Shown here one piece after another: positions 28,358 through 32,000 of a stretch of 32,000 nt of DNA; within the stretch, counting starts at the first letter, position 1; every line of letters begins with the position of its first letter. A model generated the notes under the pieces. The model ran no database searches and was not told the DNA's origin. It saw nothing but the letters and a program-made list of their open reading frames with translations. The position numbers and the translations under genes are program-made. Origin of the DNA: Candidatus Heimdallarchaeota archaeon B3_Heim (GTDB lineage Archaea > Asgardarchaeota > Heimdallarchaeia > Hodarchaeales > Hodarchaeaceae). The stretch is from positions 39,232-71,231 of the forward strand of contig NJBF01000008.1 of NCBI GenBank assembly GCA_003144275.1, written 5' to 3'.

Positions 28358-28366
28358 CTTTATAAA
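28358..28366 (+). promoter_or_regulatory. Candidate TATA box upstream of the histone gene
   Basis: tttataaag about 70 nt before the histone ATG. The gene also has a Shine-Dalgarno-like aaggtga about 10 nt before its ATG. Confidence 0.4.
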
Positions 28367-28432
28367 GATAGGGAAATTCAAGTAATTGTCGAAAAAGAAT
28401 CGACGTATTTTTGAGAAAAGGTGAAATAAATT

Positions 28433-28636
28433 ATGGTAGGATTTGCAAGTGCTCGCGTAGAGAAGCTTATTCGTAATGCTGGTGCACGCCGTGTATCCGC
28501 AGACGCAATCAGTCGGCTTAACGAGGTTTTAACCGACTATGGTATGGAACTAGCCAAATACGCAGTCGAAATTGCTCGTCACTCTGGTCGTAAGACCGTT
28601 AAGGAAAATGATGTTAAATTAGCCGCAACCAAATAA
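28433..28636 (+). CDS. Archaeal histone (single histone fold, HMf-like)
   Basis: 67 aa MVGFASARVEKLIRNAGARRVSADAISRLNEVLTDYGMELAKYAVEIARHSGRKTVKENDVKLAATK. Confidence 0.97.
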   Translation: MVGFASARVEKLIRNAGARRVSADAISRLNEVLTDYGMELAKYAVEIARHSGRKTVKENDVKLAATK

Positions 28637-28676
28637 GGTTTAGACTAATTATATTTCATAAAATCCTTCACCTCCC

Positions 28677-28685
28677 TTTTTTTTT
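28677..28685 (+). terminator. Candidate intrinsic archaeal terminator (T-tract) after the histone gene
   Basis: Run of nine T about 40 nt after the histone stop codon. Confidence 0.5.
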
Positions 28686-28770
28686 CTTACTAATAACATA
28701 AGAAGTCTTCTTTAAACGGAAAGATCATCGAGCAACGAATAACTTTTAATTAAATTGTCAAGCAGATAAA

Positions 28771-29184
28771 TTAGTTTTCAATCGCTCGCTCTTCACGAGT
28801 TACTGCTTTCAATTTTTCAGTTTGTAGTTGCTGAATTCGGTCTATTTCAGCTAATAGATTCCGAATACTGGTTGGTTTCGTAAAAAAACCAATAGCACCT
28901 GATTCCAGTGCCTCTTTCTCGACTCTCTTTTCAGCCGAGACGAATAAAACTTTAGCTTGAGGTGTTTTTTTTAATATCTCCTTCATTGCAACGAGTCCAT
29001 CCAGAACTGGCATACGGTAGTCCATGATTATGATATCAGGTTTAATAGGTAGCTCTGAAAATTTCTCAATGGCTTCTTTTCCGTTACTGGCATTCCCAAT
29101 GACATCATGACCTTCCATCATCAATAGCTTAGAATATATCATGAGGAGGTCTCTTTCATCATCTACCAAGAGAATGCGTGCCAT
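28771..29184 (-). CDS. Stand-alone receiver-domain response regulator
   Basis: ILLVDDERDLLMIYSKLLMMEGH, IIIMDYRMPVLDG, VLFVSAEK and GAIGFFTKPTS. Confidence 0.95.
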   Translation of the reverse strand: MARILLVDDERDLLMIYSKLLMMEGHDVIGNASNGKEAIEKFSELPIKPDIIIMDYRMPVLDGLVAMKEILKKTPQAKVLFVSAEKRVEKEALESGAIGFFTKPTSIRNLLAEIDRIQQLQTEKLKAVTREERAIEN

Positions 29185-29382
29185 TATTAGTCCTCAAATT
29201 GATAATATATAATGAATCTATACCCATTTTTTGACGAAAATGGTATTTAGGGAGATTTGTTTAGTAATTTTAATATTACGTTACCTCATTTATTAAACTC
29301 ACTATATAATTTCGCAGTTCTTATTTGAAGAGCTGACAAGTCAAACTTCTGATTTGCCGATTTGATATACTATAAAGTAATT

Positions 29383-30516
29383 TCAACTTGTTTGTTCTGT
29401 TTCACCTAAAAATGTCAGGATTGGCATAAAAGAATCCATGTAATCAAGTGTAGTGATTGTGTGAGGAAGTGAAAGGAAGTTTCGATACTCTACATTAAAC
29501 AGAATATCATTGTCACTCATTAAGGATATTAAATGAGTTTCAGCCACTTTAGCTTCCTCAAAAGAGCTAAAAACCGCCGTTACTATGACATCGAACCCAA
29601 ATCTCATCAAAATAATTGGTGTTAGCACTTTATCAATAAGGCTTAGCGACATCTCAATAGTTGAGGCCTGAGATGAAATGATACAGTAGCGGCAAAGTAG
29701 AAGTATATTAAGCCCTAGTTTCTTAGTGTTGGGAAATAATCGGGGTACTATTACTCCTGAATCAACAAGTTTTTTCAACCACCTTGTAGTAGTCGTCCTT
29801 GGTCTTCCAGTTAGTTGAGATACTTCCCTTGGAGTTCGTCCTGGCGCTTCGAGAAAAGAATAGAGGATTTCTTGTCCTACTTGTGTTATTCTCAGTTGAG
29901 GATCTTGGGGGGGCAGAAAAATAGGTTTCTCTAGTTTTTCTTCTAAGCTTAAACCAAAAAGTCTGAATAATGATTTAGAATAATCTAGAAATCTTGGAAA
30001 TTCTGATAATCGAATGGGAAAATGTAATTCTTGTTGGAAACTGAAATTTATTCCCAAATTCAATAGGTTGTTTTCTAGTTGATCTGATATTTCTTCAAAT
30101 TTATTATAATTTTCATAACAGCTCAAAGTTAACGCCAAGTTACTCTCAACGGCTGAAAACAGAAGTCTATTGGAATTTTTTAGAATATCTAGAAAATTAA
30201 CTGACTTTTTTTCATCAGATGAATCAGATACACCATAATAGGAAGATAGTTCCGATATGACTCGTATATTGAGGGTGATAAATTCTATGTTGAGATATGC
30301 CACATTAGGTAAATAAACGAGCGTATAGTACTTTTTGGCCTTTAGCCGTTTCTTTATGGTTGAGAATGTGGAACGTTTGATGCCAATTTTTAATGCAAGT
30401 TCGAAATCGGGAATTTCTGGATATTGGACAAGGTAGGCCATCACGAGTTGCTCTCGTTCACTTAATCCACCTACGAAATCTGATTCATTTTTCATACAGA
30501 ATATCCATCCTATCAA
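29383..30516 (-). CDS. Multi-HTH transcriptional regulator (paralog of 30513-31670)
   Basis: N-terminal HTH DFELALKIGIKRSTFSTIKKRLKAKKYYTLVYLPN and second HTH TPREVSQLTGRPRTTTTRWLKKLVDSGVIVPRLFPN. Confidence 0.85.
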   Translation of the reverse strand: MIGWIFCMKNESDFVGGLSEREQLVMAYLVQYPEIPDFELALKIGIKRSTFSTIKKRLKAKKYYTLVYLPNVAYLNIEFITLNIRVISELSSYYGVSDSSDEKKSVNFLDILKNSNRLLFSAVESNLALTLSCYENYNKFEEISDQLENNLLNLGINFSFQQELHFPIRLSEFPRFLDYSKSLFRLFGLSLEEKLEKPIFLPPQDPQLRITQVGQEILYSFLEAPGRTPREVSQLTGRPRTTTTRWLKKLVDSGVIVPRLFPNTKKLGLNILLLCRYCIISSQASTIEMSLSLIDKVLTPIILMRFGFDVIVTAVFSSFEEAKVAETHLISLMSDNDILFNVEYRNFLSLPHTITTLDYMDSFMPILTFLGETEQTS

Positions 30517-31670
30517 ATAGAATTCTTGATTACGGTATTTTTATTGAATGGCTTCAAGTTATACCTCTCTGAAGCTTTTAAATACTCCAAAAGTGGATTT
30601 AAAGAGCGATGAAAATCTTTAACAAATGATAAATTTCCTGTCGAGGTCACTATTTTGTCTTTTATTTGATTGGGGGTATTCGTAGTGTTACGAATGGTTT
30701 TTATAAAGGCATTCTCATCTTTACGGAAACTAGAATAATCTTTCGATACAGAATTTATCACTATTTCTCTGTGACTAATAAAGAGATTGAATGGGTGCAT
30801 ATTGTATTGCACACTTTCAATTAAACGTTTCCTATCTTTGTCATTAAGCCCTCGTATCGAAATAAAATATGCTACCTGTATTTTCATACCAAGCATAACT
30901 AAATTGGGCATGTATCGGGTAAAATAGAGTTCATTTCTTAGAAAAAATTGCACCCAGCGAGAAATTGTATTCCTAGGTTTACCAACAATTTCTGCTAGCT
31001 CAATTATCGATTTACTTGGGTAATTAATTAAATTATTGAAAATTTTCCACCCTACGGGAGATATTTGGTCAATTACATCTTCACTAGAACATAATAGAGG
31101 AGAAGTTGAGTGTTTCTCTTCAATCAGAATTCCCCAAACTGATGCCAGTTGTTTTCCGTATTCCATGAAATTTAACACCCCTTGTTCCGTAGCGGGACCT
31201 GTATATAGGTGGAAATTATGTGGATCGGACAGACCAGATTCATAACAAAAGCCGGCTAGTGTTTTATGTGCTAACGTCACATCAGTTAATGATTTACTAA
31301 TTAGAAGCGAAAATCCACCATGAGTATCAATAATAGACGAAACAATGCTTGGAAAGTGTTGAATGCGTTCTTGTAGACTGGAAGGTTGATTATTCATCAA
31401 TCTCGCAAGTATAACAGGATTCAGATGAAAGGACTCTAATGCGATTACTTCAGCTTTTAGTGATAGGAAATTTGGAATATTCACTGGTCGAATCGCTAAT
31501 GAACTAATAAGTTCTTTTTTAATTGTTGAGAATGTTGAACGTTTTACTGATAGTTTTCGGGCAATTTCATAATCAGAATCTATGGGATACAAACATAAAC
31601 CAACGATCACTCGCTTCTGATTCATCGTTAAGCTATGGGTACCAATCATCCTAAGATATTCCAAATTCAA
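30513..31670 (-). CDS. Multi-HTH transcriptional regulator (paralog of 29383-30516)
   Basis: N-terminal HTH DYEIARKLSVKRSTFSTIKKELISSLAIRPVNIPN and second HTH SIIELAEIVGKPRNTISRWVQFFLRNELYFTRYMPN. Confidence 0.85.
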   Translation of the reverse strand: MNLEYLRMIGTHSLTMNQKRVIVGLCLYPIDSDYEIARKLSVKRSTFSTIKKELISSLAIRPVNIPNFLSLKAEVIALESFHLNPVILARLMNNQPSSLQERIQHFPSIVSSIIDTHGGFSLLISKSLTDVTLAHKTLAGFCYESGLSDPHNFHLYTGPATEQGVLNFMEYGKQLASVWGILIEEKHSTSPLLCSSEDVIDQISPVGWKIFNNLINYPSKSIIELAEIVGKPRNTISRWVQFFLRNELYFTRYMPNLVMLGMKIQVAYFISIRGLNDKDRKRLIESVQYNMHPFNLFISHREIVINSVSKDYSSFRKDENAFIKTIRNTTNTPNQIKDKIVTSTGNLSFVKDFHRSLNPLLEYLKASERYNLKPFNKNTVIKNSI

Positions 31671-31901
31671 TATTTACTGTGAAAAATAATTGAATGATGT
31701 ACTGATACACCCTACTTATAATATATTAGGTACAAAAAATAATAAATCTTGAAATGAAAAAGGGGAAGTGGGCACCAGCTCTCAACAACGAGTAGCTCCT
31801 TCTTCATCGTAATCCCAGGGCTTATTTACGAAACTACCTCTCTCTCCTCCATTTTTCCCTCTACAAGAAGAATTGTGAAAGCACTTTGTTCGCAGCCAGA
31901 A

Positions 31902-32000
31902 CTAGTTGTCCTCAAACGGAAAATTTGCCTCTAGTACATCGTCTAAGGCCCAATTGCGAAGAATAGATCCAATTTGATCAGATATATACTTTTTCCCACA
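31902..32000 (-). CDS. 3' end of a CDS continuing beyond the window
   Basis: Open frame entering from the right edge, reading ...CGKKYISDQIGSILRNWALDDVLEANFPFEDN then TAG. Too short to identify. Confidence 0.35.
   Translation of the reverse strand, partial: CGKKYISDQIGSILRNWALDDVLEANFPFEDN

Noticed and set aside
28648-28675. Strong Shine-Dalgarno-like gggaggtgaagg on the minus strand followed by an ATG.
   Set aside because: The downstream frame encodes only MKYN before a stop. It probably reflects the C/T-rich terminator region of the histone gene.
31785-31904. After the TAG at 31902, 39 further sense codons follow in frame (FWLRTKCFHNSSCRGKNGGERGSFVNKPWDYDEEGATRC) before TGA, suggesting readthrough or pyrrolysine.
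   Set aside because: The run is short, the gene is truncated by the window edge, and no pyrrolysine genes are visible. Chance open frame is the simpler reading; the neighbouring contig would be needed.
1-32000. Searched by eye for CRISPR arrays, tRNA/rRNA genes, transposases, inverted terminal repeats and defence gene cassettes.
   Set aside because: No spaced direct repeats, no tRNA T-loop-like sequence with a foldable partner, no transposase motifs and no multi-gene defence system were seen. Small structured RNAs cannot be excluded without covariance-model searches.

Overview
AT-rich, gene-dense archaeal chromosomal window with no rRNA, tRNA, CRISPR array or transposon that I could recognise. 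The gene content suggests an Asgard lineage, possibly Heimdallarchaeia-like, but this is inference: an archaeal histone, the archaeal CoA biosynthesis route, isopentenyl phosphate kinase, a Rab-like small GTPase next to a putative longin-like partner, and stand-alone receiver proteins. Best-supported content: two M42 aminopeptidases; a kinase/metallo-beta-lactamase fusion; the GTPase pair; an XPF/ERCC4-type nuclease next to a HEAT-repeat/winged-helix protein; a five-gene CoA cluster (CoaBC, ketopantoate reductase, pantoate kinase, phosphopantothenate synthetase, PanB); TauE/SafE permease; FAH-family enzyme; NAD-dependent epimerase; secreted M6 protease; EamA transporter; endonuclease IV; flavin reductase-like protein; an orphan SPPY-type DNA methyltransferase; and a tandem pair of paralogous HTH regulators. 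Most worth following up: (1) the single-ORF fusion of an isopentenyl-phosphate-kinase-like domain to an RNase Z-like hydrolase; (2) the HEAT-repeat protein whose C-terminal half resembles the tandem winged-helix region of eukaryotic UFL1, immediately upstream of the XPF-like nuclease; (3) the Rab-like GTPase/longin-like gene pair; (4) the pair of regulators that look like a nested domain duplication. All homology calls are from reading the translations; no database search was run.
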